From the NCBI GenBank assembly GCA_963791755.1, contig CAWBTK010000005.1, forward strand, positions 100,508-164,507: a stretch of DNA of 64,000 nucleotides, given 5' to 3'. Each line of letters begins with the position of its first letter. Position 1 is the stretch's first letter. The position numbers were made by a program, and so were the translations under genes. Origin of the DNA: an uncultured Planctomycetaceae bacterium (lineage in GTDB: Bacteria; Planctomycetota; Planctomycetia; Pirellulales; PALSA-1355). The notes beneath the pieces were generated by a model. The model had not been told where the DNA came from. It did no database searches and saw nothing but the letters and a program-made list of their open reading frames with translations. Shown here one piece after another: positions 48,783 to 58,351 of this stretch.

Positions 48783-49856
48783 GTGCCCACCATGGCTATT
48801 TACGGGCTTTTGCTGCTGGTACCGATCTCCCTGGCGCTCGCTTATTTGACGGAAGTGTCGTCGCTGTGGGTGTTCGTCACCGCCGGCCTGGCAATCGTGC
48901 CCCTGGCCGATGGGATTCGCCGAGCCACCGAACAGCTGGCCCGACTGTCCGGGCCCGCGATCGGAGGCCTGTTGAACGTCACGTTCGGGAATGCCACCGA
49001 GTTCATCCTGGCGCTATTCGTTTTGGCGGCCGGACATCCTGGCGTGGTCAAGGGCCAAATCACCGGCTCGATTATTGGAAACAGCCTGCTGGGACTCGGC
49101 CTGGCGATCCTGGTGGGAACTTGGGGGCGCGAACGGCTGACATTTCAGCGCCGCCGCGCGGGACTGCTCTCGAGTCTGCTGTTTCTCGCGGTGATCGGGC
49201 TGTTGGTGCCGGCCCTGTTCGACTACACCGAACGAACCAGCGCCGGCGCTTCGGATACCAGCGATCTGGATGAGCGCCTCAGCCTGTGTGTTTCGATCGT
49301 GCTCATCATGCTCTATATGGCAAACTTGTTCTACACGCTGCTGACGCATCGCGACGTCTTCAAGATTGATGGACAGACGCAACCGGCGAAATGGTCCATC
49401 GGCAAGGCACTGGGGGTGCTGGGGGTCGCGACGGCGCTCTCGGCCGTCAAAGCGCACCTGGTGTCGCAAGCGCTCGAAGAAACCGCCGAGACGATCAACG
49501 TCACGCCGTTTTTTTTGGGAGTGACCGTGCTATCCGTCATCGGCAACGCCGGAGAATATGTGGCCGCGGTCTATTTCGCGCGACAGCAGCAGATGACCAT
49601 GTCCTTGAGCATCACGATTGGATCCACGATTCAGGTGGCCATCTTAGTCGCGCCGCTGCTGGTGTTGATCTCGTTCTTCATGACGACCCCCATGAATCTG
49701 ATCTTCGACAACCCGCTGGAACTGATCTCGATCGCCGCGGTCGCGCTAATCATCAACGCAATTTCTCAGGATGGCGAGACAACCTGGTTTGAAGCGGTGA
49801 TGCTGCTGTCGATTTACACAATTTTAGGTTTCGCCTTCTTCTTCGTGACCTCCTGA
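48783..49856 (+). CDS. Ca2+/H+ antiporter (CaCA/CAX family)
   Basis: ORF 48783..49856 (GTG; alternative ATG at 48792). Two alpha-repeats: GNATEFILA... and GNAGEYVAAV... Confidence 0.85.
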   Translation: MPTMAIYGLLLLVPISLALAYLTEVSSLWVFVTAGLAIVPLADGIRRATEQLARLSGPAIGGLLNVTFGNATEFILALFVLAAGHPGVVKGQITGSIIGNSLLGLGLAILVGTWGRERLTFQRRRAGLLSSLLFLAVIGLLVPALFDYTERTSAGASDTSDLDERLSLCVSIVLIMLYMANLFYTLLTHRDVFKIDGQTQPAKWSIGKALGVLGVATALSAVKAHLVSQALEETAETINVTPFFLGVTVLSVIGNAGEYVAAVYFARQQQMTMSLSITIGSTIQVAILVAPLLVLISFFMTTPMNLIFDNPLELISIAAVALIINAISQDGETTWFEAVMLLSIYTILGFAFFFVTS

Positions 49857-50318
49857 GAAACCTTCCGAAAGCCATGCCGCGAATGCCCCGGAATCGCGGC
49901 AGCGTCAGCCGAAGGCCCGCGTGGCCGTTCAGGCCGAGTGGGGGGTCGAGGTCGCTCAAAGACGAGTGGAAGGCGCCTTCCGCCAACGGCAGAACGCTGA
50001 TGCTACCGTCGGTTTCCAGCACGACGGCATGCTTGTCCAGATCCGCGCCCCCCGGGAGCGGGCCGCTTGGCGGACCTCGGGTTCCGTGACGCGCTGCGAA
50101 CGCATGGCAGGATGCAGGAACTCGCCTCGGTACATCAGCAGCGTCGGTTCGCGCTTCGCCAGGCGGCGGATCATGCCCGAGCGAACCGAAAGTCAGGTAA
50201 CGGCGAACAGCAGCCAGATCAGCATCGCCATGGCGAAGACTCCTTCCAACGCCGCCCCCAGCCCCGTTCGACTCAGGCTTTCCCATCCGTTGAAATGGAG
50301 GTTAAACCGCTTGAGCAT
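49753..50318 (-). pseudogene. YetF/DUF421-like membrane protein with an in-frame TGA (50193-50195) and a 1-nt deletion in a C6/G6 run (50048-50053); 3' end uncertain
   Basis: My own translation from the ATG at 50318: MLKRFNLHFNGWESLSRTGLGAALEGVFAMAMLIWLLFAVT*LSVRSGMIRRLAKREPTLLMYRGEFLHPAMRSQRVTEPEVRQAARSRG|GADLDKHAVVLETDGSISVLPL... Confidence 0.55.
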
Positions 50319-50505
50319 TGTCGCCAGCCGCCGCCGCCCGTTGGGTAGCTAGTCGCGTGCCGGAGAATCGAGTGGGAGTGGCGCGCCTGGATAAATTGTT
50401 CAATTCGCCGAACGTTGGCGGAATTCAGCACGGGGTGGCACGATAGATGCTCGCACGATTTGGCAGCGCGTTTCCACAGGCCGCTACCAAGGAATTTAGT
50501 TCATC

Positions 50506-51442
50506 ATGTCGGCGGAAGAACGACGCAAAGAGATCACCTCCTGGCCACAGCTGCTCAAGGCCACTGCCGTTGCGTGGTGGGAGGACGACGTGCAGCGGCT
50601 GGGGGCGTCTCTGGCGTTTTACATGATCTTTGCCGTCGCCCCCTTGCTCGTATTCGCTCTTTCGCTCGCGGGGCTGCTCTATGGCCGCGATGCGGCCGAA
50701 GGCCAGTTGGCGCATCAATTAGAAGCGGCCATGGGAAAGCAAGCGGCCGGCGCGCTCCAGTCGCTTCTAGCGACTTCGCATTCGAGCGGCCAGGGACCGC
50801 TGGCCACGACTCTCTCGGTGATCGCGCTCTTCGTGGGGGCGTCAGCCGCTTTTACCGAATTGCGGGCCGGTCTGAATCGAATCTGGAATGTTCGCCCGGA
50901 TCCCTCGGCGCCTTGGTGGTTGTTTCTGAAGCATCGCGCCCTGGCCTTTGCGTTGGTGCTTTTCGTTGGAGTTTTGTTTCTAGCCCTGCTGTTTGCCGGT
51001 TCAGCCGTCTTGACGGCCTGGAACTCGTGGGCGGCCGACATGCCATTTTCGGCCACGATCGCCGCGTGGCTGAACTACCTCGTGACGGCTGCCGTGGAAA
51101 CGATTCTGTTCGCCGCTATCTTTCGCTACCTTCCCGACGGGTCGGTCGACTGGAAGGACGTATTGCTCGGCGCAGTTCGTCACGTCGCTCTTGATTGGGT
51201 TGGGCAACGTGCTCATCGGCCTCTATTTCAAATACAGCGTCGTGGGCTCAACTTACGGAGCGGCGGGCTCGCTGATGGTCCTGCTGCTGTGGATTTACTA
51301 TTCCGCACAAGTGATGTATCTAGGAGCCGAATTCACGGAAAATTATGCGCGTTTTCGCGGTCAATCGATCGATCCCGACCATTACGCCGGCCCCGTGCGA
51401 GACACGGTCCAATCGGGTGCAACGGGCAATGCAAGGCATTGA
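50506..51442 (+). CDS. YihY/BrkB (virulence factor BrkB) family membrane protein, 1-nt insertion near 51178
   Basis: ORFs 50506..51672 and 51191..51442 join as ...WKDVLLGAV|VTSLLIGLGNVLIGLYFKYSVVGSTYGAAGSLMVLLLWIYYSAQVMYLGAEFT. Confidence 0.85.
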
Positions 51443-51497
51443 GTAAATCGAGCCGCCACCGGACCGGCCGGCGGGCTCTTCAAGAGTTGAATACGAT

Positions 51498-51935
51498 TCA
51501 CAATGCGATCAACGCCAGGTTGCTCTCCGGATCGAAACGCCTGCAAAGATGCGCCGGCGATTCGACTAGCACGACTTCGAGCGTGGGACGGACGTGGGCT
51601 TCGAGCAAGTGTCCGCCCCGCGTTGTCCCGTCGGCGCGGCCTACGACAAGATGGGCGTGGACCTTGGGCTGATCCTCTTCATCTCGCGATACATCTCCGA
51701 CCAAGGCCAGAACCTCGACCTGTTCATTCAAAGGAATTCTCTTGTAGTCCTTTTTCTGCCAGTCGAAATAACCGAGTACCACGTCCTCGAGCGCCCCAAT
51801 CGCGGTGAAATGTGCCGCTGCCAGGCGATGTTCTTTCGCGAACTTACCCAGCCCTCTGGCTACTTCGTCTCCCTTGTCAAAGATCAAGGCAAAGGTCCTC
51901 TGCCCATCGTGTTCATGAATCTGCTGGCTTTTCAT
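51498..51935 (-). CDS. PPC/DUF296 domain protein (putative DNA-binding)
   Basis: ORF 51498..51935: ...FALIFDKGDEVARGLGKFAKEHRLAAAHFTAIGAL..VVLGYFD...HAHLVVG..DGTTRGGHLLEAHVRPTLEVVL. Confidence 0.75.
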   Translation of the reverse strand: MKSQQIHEHDGQRTFALIFDKGDEVARGLGKFAKEHRLAAAHFTAIGALEDVVLGYFDWQKKDYKRIPLNEQVEVLALVGDVSRDEEDQPKVHAHLVVGRADGTTRGGHLLEAHVRPTLEVVLVESPAHLCRRFDPESNLALIAL

Positions 51936-51993
51936 CGTGGCAGTTCCCCCAAAAGGTTGTCTAAATGGGCTGGCGACTGAATCAGAAAAAAAG

Positions 51994-52371
51994 TCATGAG
52001 CTCGGGTAGGCCACCGTGCTCATGAGCGCATTTTCGGCTTGCCGAGAATCCAGGCGAGTATGCTGGACCACGATCGGCACATCCGATTCGATCAAGCTGG
52101 CATAATCCGTGTCGCGGGGAATCGCCTGGGGATCGCGAAAGTCGTTGAATCGCACGTGCCGCGTTCGCCGAGCCGGCACCGTCAATTGATAAGGACCGAC
52201 CGGCTCGCGATCCGCGAAAAACACCGTGATGGTCACATGAGCCACCTCGTCCGACGCGTTCAGCAGACACGCTGCTTCATGGCTCGTCATTTGCGGCGCG
52301 GGTCCATGACTTTCAGCGGGAATATACCCTTCGGCGATTGCCCATCGCTGTCGCCCGATCGGAGTACCCAT
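51994..52371 (-). CDS. sensory rhodopsin transducer (ASRT/TM1070) family protein
   Basis: ATG at 52371: MGTPIGRQRWAIAEGYIPAESHGPAPQMTSHEAACLLNASDEVAHVTITVFFADREPVGPYQLTVPARRTRHVRFNDF..PIVVQHTRLDSRQAENALMSTVAY. As I recall it, this is nearly collinear with Anabaena ASRT. Confidence 0.8.
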   Translation of the reverse strand: MGTPIGRQRWAIAEGYIPAESHGPAPQMTSHEAACLLNASDEVAHVTITVFFADREPVGPYQLTVPARRTRHVRFNDFRDPQAIPRDTDYASLIESDVPIVVQHTRLDSRQAENALMSTVAYPSS

Positions 52372-52384
52372 GGCGATCTCCTCT

Positions 52385-55370
52385 TCAAGTATTGGCCGCA
52401 TGGCGCCGAGCCAGTTGCAGCACGTCGGCCAAGTGCATGGCGCACCGCGAAGTCGCCTGGCTGATTTGCTGTTGGCAGCTGAAGCCGTCTGCGATGATCA
52501 GTGTGTCTGGGCTCGCCTGGCGGACGCTCGGCAACAGCGCGCGTTCTCCGCAAGCCATGGACACGTCGTAGTGGTTTCCTCGCTCGAAACCGAACGAGCC
52601 GGCCATTCCGCAGCAGCCTGGTTCGGGAGCTTCGAAATCGATTCCCATCCGGCCGAGAATCGCCTGTTCGTCTTTCATGCCGATGATCGACTTGTGATGG
52701 CAATGACCATGCACCAGAGCCTTGCGCTCCAGCGTGGCCGGTTGGTAACCCTTGAGCTGGCAATTGAGAAACTCGCTCAGCAGATAGGATTGATCGTGCA
52801 GACGCTTGGCGTCCTGCTCGGCGGGAAGCAAGTTGGTCAGCTCGTCACGGAAGACCGCCAGGCAGCTGGGCTCAAGTCCCACGACCGGAATTCCAGCCTG
52901 AATCTGAGGACGCAGATTATCGAGCACGTCTCGTAGCAGTCGTTTGGCCGTGTCCAGCATACCGAAGTCATAAAGAGGCCTGCCGCAGCAAAGCGGCCGC
53001 GGTGGAATCGAGACCTCGCATCCGGCCGCTTCCAATACCTCGACGGCCGCGATGCAAGTCTCCGGATGAAAAAAATTATTGAACGTATCGGGCCAAAGAA
53101 TCACTTTGGTCTTGCCCGTGGCCCGCTTGGGGCGGCGGCTGAACCACTGCCGAAACGTATTCCGAGCAAATGGCGGCATCTTTCGCCGCGAGTCGATCCC
53201 GCCGAGCCACTTGGCGATTCCGCTTAGGCCGGGTGTCTGACTGAAGAAGTTGGCAGCCATTGGCAAGTGCGACGCCAGCCGCGCCCACCAGTAGATCCAC
53301 CCCATGGAATACGCATAGCGCGGCCGCAGACGGCCCTGGTAGTAATGCGACAAGAATTCGGCCTTGTAAGTGGCCATATCCACGTTGACCGGGCATTCGC
53401 CTTTGCAGCCCTTGCAGGCCAGGCAAAGATCCAGCGCATCTTTTACCGGTTCGCTCTTCCAGCCCCGGCTCAGCACTTCTCCGTTCATCATCTCGAACAG
53501 CAAGCGTGCGCGCCCGCGGGTAGAATCCTTCTCCTCGCGAGTCACCTGATAACTCGGACACATGACTTGTCCGCCGCTCTTTCGACATTCCCCAACTCCC
53601 ACACATCGCAGGGCGGCGCGGGCAAAGGAATTCCTGTCCTCCGGAAACTGGAAATGCGTCGCCGGTTGAGGAGGATTATAGTCAGGACCAAGTCGCAGGT
53701 TTTCGTCCACGCGATAGGCGTCGATTTTCTTGCCCGGGTTCATTCGCCCGTGCGGATCCCAGATCGCCTTGAATTCGCGAAACGCCTGATAGAGCGGCTC
53801 GCCGAACATTTTGGCCAGGTATTGGCCCCGCGCCTGGCCGTCGCCATGCTCGCCCGACAAGGATCCCCCATAGGCAACTACAAGATCCGTCGCCTCGTCG
53901 AGAAAACGCTTGAATTTCTCGATGCCGTCGGCCGTGTACAGGTCGAAGCCCGCGCGGCAGTGCACGCATCCCTGGCCAAAATGGCCATAGAGCGAAGGAT
54001 GATAGTCATACTTGTCAAACAGCTTGCGCAGCGCGGGCAAGTAGTCGGCGATTTGCTGTACGGGTACGGCCGAGTCTTCCCAGCCGGGCCACGCATCCGG
54101 GCGCCCTGGCACCCAGGCTGTCGAGCCCAGGCCCCCTTCGCGCACTTCCCAGATCATCTTTTCCTTCTTGGGATCGTCCATCAGTTTCATGTTTGGCGCA
54201 TCATCATGTTTCTCGAAGCGCCTTCATGCAGCGCCGCGCCTGGTCGTCCGCATCGTCCTTGCTGTCGCCGCCGAATTCGACGAGCAGAAATCCCTTGCCC
54301 TCGGGCAACAGCGCCAAGTCGGCCGTTTTATCGCCTTTCAGTTTGACGAACTTGAACAGCAAGTGATCGAACCCCTCCAGCGCCGTGGGTTCAAACTCCA
54401 GAATCTCGGTCAAGTGAGTGCAGGCTTGAAAGACGTCGGGATAGCCCAGCACCAGCAGCGATCGCGCCGCCGGAGCCGGCACCAGGTGTAATGTCGCTTC
54501 CAGAATCGTGACCAACGTGCCTTCCGAGCCCACCAGCGATCGCGCGACATGAAAGCCGTTTTCGGGCAGGAGCGAATCCAGGTTATAGCCGGACACGCGA
54601 CGCGGCAATTGCGGGAAACGTCGGCGGATTTCGTCGGCGTACTTGTCTCGAAAAGCTTTCAAGCGGGAATAAATCGCCCCCCGCCGGCCGCCGCCCTGAA
54701 TGATCGCCTCGAGTTGCTCCGGCGTGGTCTGGCCGACGCGCAGTCGCAATCCGTCGTAAGTGAGAACCTCCAACTCGTGGCAGTTGTCGGCGGTTCTCAG
54801 GCCGCGGTCGTGCTTCGCGCACAATAGCGAATGTGCCCCGCAGGAATCATTTCCGAGCATGCCGCCGAGCGTGCAATGATTGTGGGTCGACGGATCGGGA
54901 CCGAACGTAAGTCCTTGTTCTCCCGCCTGGTGCCGCAGATCGTCCAAGACACAGCCAGGCTGCACGGTGCCTAATTGGTTCGCGGCGTCGATTTGGACCA
55001 CACCGCGCAGGTACTTGGAAAAATCCACCACGACGGCCACGTTGCAGCACTGTCCGGCGAGGCTCGTGCCCCCGCCGCGCGACAAGATCGGCGCTTGAAA
55101 GCGATGAGCAATCGCGACCGTCTCGACGACGTCTTCGATGCTGCGGGGCACCACGACGCCAATTGGGACCTGTCGATAATTCGAACCGTCGGTGGCATAC
55201 AATGCCCGACTACCGGCGTCGAAGCGAACTTCGCCCGAGGTTCTGCGGCGCAATTCGGCTTCCAACTCGACGATCTGGTCCTGCTGAATCGTCAATCGGC
55301 TATCGTCGACGCGCAGCCGCTCGAACCGCTTTTCTTCGTTCGTTTGTCTTAAGACAGGCAGAGTCGTCAT
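52385..55370 (-). CDS. ~1000-aa FAD-linked oxidase fused to Fe-S/CCG domains (GlcD+GlcF-like, YdiJ-like), 1-nt insertion near 54209-54211
   Basis: ORF 54204..55409 holds the FAD-binding PCMH domain (ATG at 55370). ORF 52385..54190 holds GEHGDGQARG, CVGVGECR...CPS, CLACKGCKGECP and two CCG-type Cys clusters. They join as ...CMKALRE|HDDAPNMKLMDDPKKEKMIWEVRE once one A is removed from an A3 run. Confidence 0.85.
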
Positions 55371-55387
55371 GATTTTCCCAGTTGCGG

Positions 55388-56512
55388 TCAAACTCCCTCG
55401 TTGGTCCAAGCCAAATAGTGTTGCGCGTCGCTTTCCTTGAGTTCCAGGCCAATCCCAGGTCTTGTGAGATCCGGTGACAGACAGCCGTCCACCGGCTCGC
55501 GGAAACCGTCAAACAGCATCCGCTCGATGCGCGCGTGGTCATGGAAATATTCGAGGTGCCGCAAGCTCCTCGTCGCGCAGGCAACGTGGATGTGCAAGGA
55601 CGGCGCGCAATGGCCCGATAACGACAGCGAACGAGCCGAGCATAGCGGGTCGACCTGAAGAAACCCGGTGAACCCGGCGCAGCGGCTGGCATCCGCCTGC
55701 AACACGTCAACGGCCCCGGCCTCCAGCATTCGCCGAAAGTAAGGCAAGTCATAGCCATACTCACCAGCAGCGATTTCCATGCCCGCCGGCGCCCGGTCGC
55801 GAAGCAGCCTCAGTCCCTCGAGGTCGTCGGAGGAAACCGGCTCCTCGAACCACTTCACTTGCAGGTCCGCGAACGACTCGGCGAAAGCGAGCGCCTGCTT
55901 TCGTGAGTAAGCTCCATTCGCGTCCACGAACAACTCGACGTCAGGACCAATCGCCTCGCGAGCCGCCCGCACTCGGCCCCGGTCTTGCTCCGGGTGGCTG
56001 CCGATCTTCATCTTTACGCGGCCGATCCCGGCCTCGGCCCATCCGGACAGCTGCTCTTGCAGTTGACTCCGCGTATAGGAGGTGAAGCCGCCGCTACCAT
56101 AAACGGGCACTCGCTCGCGAGCCGCGCCGAATAGGGACACCAGCGGCAGTCCGATGATTCGCGCTTTCAGATCCCATAGCGCCGTGTCAACCGCCGCAAT
56201 TCCCATCGAGGCGATGCCCGGCCGCCCCAAGTTGCGAATTGCCCGGACCATTGACTCCCAGGCCGTGGGCGTCGCCAGCGCGTCGCAATCCTCGATCGCC
56301 GGAGCCAACACCTCATCGATCAGCCTGGCGGTCGCGAGATCCGCGTACGTATACCCCAAACCAACATAGTCCGCGGCATGCGCCAGCACGCAAACCATCA
56401 CGGTATGGTCCCAGGCGATTGTTCCGTCCGCTTCAGGAAGATCGGTGGGAACGCGGTAGGCGGCAACGTCGAGTTTTGCGATCTTGACGTCGGTCAAAGC
56501 GCTGGTTGCCAT
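55388..56512 (-). CDS. enolase-superfamily enzyme, mandelate-racemase subgroup
   Basis: ORF 55388..56512. KxK (RVKMKIG), metal ligands in FVDANG / WFEEP / AAGEYG, and a general-base His in SLSGHCAP. Confidence 0.85.
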   Translation of the reverse strand: MATSALTDVKIAKLDVAAYRVPTDLPEADGTIAWDHTVMVCVLAHAADYVGLGYTYADLATARLIDEVLAPAIEDCDALATPTAWESMVRAIRNLGRPGIASMGIAAVDTALWDLKARIIGLPLVSLFGAARERVPVYGSGGFTSYTRSQLQEQLSGWAEAGIGRVKMKIGSHPEQDRGRVRAAREAIGPDVELFVDANGAYSRKQALAFAESFADLQVKWFEEPVSSDDLEGLRLLRDRAPAGMEIAAGEYGYDLPYFRRMLEAGAVDVLQADASRCAGFTGFLQVDPLCSARSLSLSGHCAPSLHIHVACATRSLRHLEYFHDHARIERMLFDGFREPVDGCLSPDLTRPGIGLELKESDAQHYLAWTNEGV

Positions 56513-56524
56513 GGCGATCTGCCC

Positions 56525-58279
56525 TCAGACGACTTCGCGAATCCTGTCTTCAAGAACAGTTTTGAGAATTGACTTGCTGTACTTCTCGCCGCGCACCAGC
56601 GACTTGGCGAACTGCCAGGCCTGATCGAGCGTGGCATGGCCGGGCATGGCCGGTTCGTTGGGATCCACCACGGCTTCAATCAACACCGGACCCGGGTGCG
56701 CCATTGCTTCACTCAATACCGCCTCGACCTTGGTCGGGTCGTCGACGGTAAATCCTGCCGCGCCGCAGGCCCGGGCGTAGGCGGCAAAGTCGATCGGTTG
56801 CAAATCGACGCCAAATTCCGGATTCCCTTCGAACACCATCTGTTCCCACTTGATTTGCCCCAGCGTATTGTTCTTGATCACGATGACCTTGACCGGCAAC
56901 TTGTGCTTGACCAGCGTGGCTACTTCGCCGAGCATCATGGTCAGCCCGCCGTCGCCCACTAGCGCCACTACCTGGCGATCGGGATACGCGATGGCCGCGG
57001 CCACGGCATAGGGCAATCCGTTGCCCATCGTGGCCAACAGGCCGGAGGCCGAGAACATCATTTCCTCCTTGATGTCGATGTAACGGGCTGCCCACGTGGT
57101 CACTGTGCCGCAGTCGGAGGCGATGATGGCGTTCGGGGCCAAGAACTTGTTCAAGGCGTGCGTTACCACTTGCGGTTTGAGCGGCATGTCCATGCGACTG
57201 GCGCGAGTCGCGAGGAGTTCCTTCCAGCCCTTCATTCCCTCTTGTGCCGATTCCAGAAAACTACGGTCTTGTTTGCGTTCGACCAGCGGCAGCAGCGCCC
57301 GCAAAACTCGCCCGCATTCTCCGACCAGGCCCACGTCGGCCGGGTGCCGCAGCCCGACCCTCGCCGGATCGATTTCGATCTGCACGCATTGGTCCTGACC
57401 CGGCTTGGGATAGAATTCCATATAGGGAAAGCTGCTGCCCAAAATCACCAGCGTGTCGCAGCCGCGCATCACGTCTTGCGAAGGCGCCGTTCCGAGCAGG
57501 CCCAGGCCGCCGGTCGTGTAGGGACTGTCGTCAGGCAAGACTGCCTTGCCGAGCAGCGCCTTGACGACCGGAGCAGCGGCTTTGTCGGCTAGTTCCAACA
57601 ACTCCGCGCGGCATTCCAGCGCACCGCGGCCCGCTAAGATCGCCACTTTCTTGCCGCCGTTGATAATGTCGGCCGCCTGCTGCAGTAGCGTGTTCGACGG
57701 CAGCATCATGGCCGGGGCGATCTGATCTCCGCTGTGGGTCGCGATGTTCGCCTTGGATCGCGGAGACTCGGCGCCATTCCAGTCCTGGACATCCTTGGGA
57801 ATGCACAGATGAGCGACACCCCGATGCGCGGTGGCTGCACGGACCGCCTCATCGACCGCGTTGTGCACGTGAGCCGGTCCTGAAATTCGTTCGTTGTAAA
57901 CCGCGACATCCATGAAGACTTTCGTCAGGTCGACATCTTGCTGGTAGTGGGTGCCGATCAAATCATGAAACGTGTGGCCTGTAATCGCCAGTACTCGTTG
58001 GCCGTCGCACTTGGCGTCATAAAGACCGTTGAGAAGATGGATGCCTCCCGGGCCGGAAGTGGCCAGGCAGACGCCCAGCCGACCGGTGTACTTGGCATAA
58101 CCGCAGGCGGCAAAGGCGGCCGCCTCCTCATGTCGGACCTGGACGAATCGGATCGTGTCTTGCCGGGTTCTCAGGGCTTCGAAGATGCCGTTTATTCCAT
58201 CGCCGGGAAAACCAAAAATAGTGTCCACTCCCCAATGAATGAGCCGGTCAACCAGCAGTTCCGCAGCGACTTTGCCCAT
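56525..58279 (-). CDS. thiamine-diphosphate-dependent enzyme (pyruvate oxidase / PoxB-like family)
   Basis: ATG at 58279: MGKVAAELLVDRLIHWGVDTIFGFPGDGINGIFEAL...VRHEEAAAFAACGYAK...ATSGPGGIHLLNGLYDA. ThDP motif: GDGGLTMMLGE...IVIKNN. Confidence 0.85.
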   Translation of the reverse strand: MGKVAAELLVDRLIHWGVDTIFGFPGDGINGIFEALRTRQDTIRFVQVRHEEAAAFAACGYAKYTGRLGVCLATSGPGGIHLLNGLYDAKCDGQRVLAITGHTFHDLIGTHYQQDVDLTKVFMDVAVYNERISGPAHVHNAVDEAVRAATAHRGVAHLCIPKDVQDWNGAESPRSKANIATHSGDQIAPAMMLPSNTLLQQAADIINGGKKVAILAGRGALECRAELLELADKAAAPVVKALLGKAVLPDDSPYTTGGLGLLGTAPSQDVMRGCDTLVILGSSFPYMEFYPKPGQDQCVQIEIDPARVGLRHPADVGLVGECGRVLRALLPLVERKQDRSFLESAQEGMKGWKELLATRASRMDMPLKPQVVTHALNKFLAPNAIIASDCGTVTTWAARYIDIKEEMMFSASGLLATMGNGLPYAVAAAIAYPDRQVVALVGDGGLTMMLGEVATLVKHKLPVKVIVIKNNTLGQIKWEQMVFEGNPEFGVDLQPIDFAAYARACGAAGFTVDDPTKVEAVLSEAMAHPGPVLIEAVVDPNEPAMPGHATLDQAWQFAKSLVRGEKYSKSILKTVLEDRIREVV

Positions 58280-58351
58280 GATCCGGGTCCTCGACAATAA
58301 AAGACAGGAACCGCGGGCGGTCTCGCGGCTCAAGGATTGAATGTTTTTCCA

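Noticed and set aside
50193-50195. The in-frame TGA in the YetF-like gene as selenocysteine or Trp recoding.
   Set aside because: There is no SECIS-like hairpin immediately downstream. The position is at a TM-helix end where Trp (TGG) fits. All other genes in the window use TGA as a stop.
47603-50274. Possible att-site direct repeats of the tRNA-Ala 3' end (CGCTCCAC at 47603-47610; GTTCGACTC at 50266-50274).
   Set aside because: These are only 8-9 nt matches, which are expected by chance in 64 kb on two strands. I cannot define an island boundary from them.
17-54346. Other long antisense ORFs in the track: 17..826 +, 4065..5090 -, 10474..11658 +, 15444..17129 +, 22836..23969 +, 42711..43718 +, 53267..54346 +, 60179..60700 +.
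   Set aside because: Each is fully covered by an opposite-strand or other-frame gene with strong family motifs (ALDH, eutC, hydrolase/DUF1080, glgX, giant protein, xylB, FAD/Fe-S oxidase, S4 protein). Their own sequences are Arg/Ala/Gly/Pro-rich with no recognisable motif.
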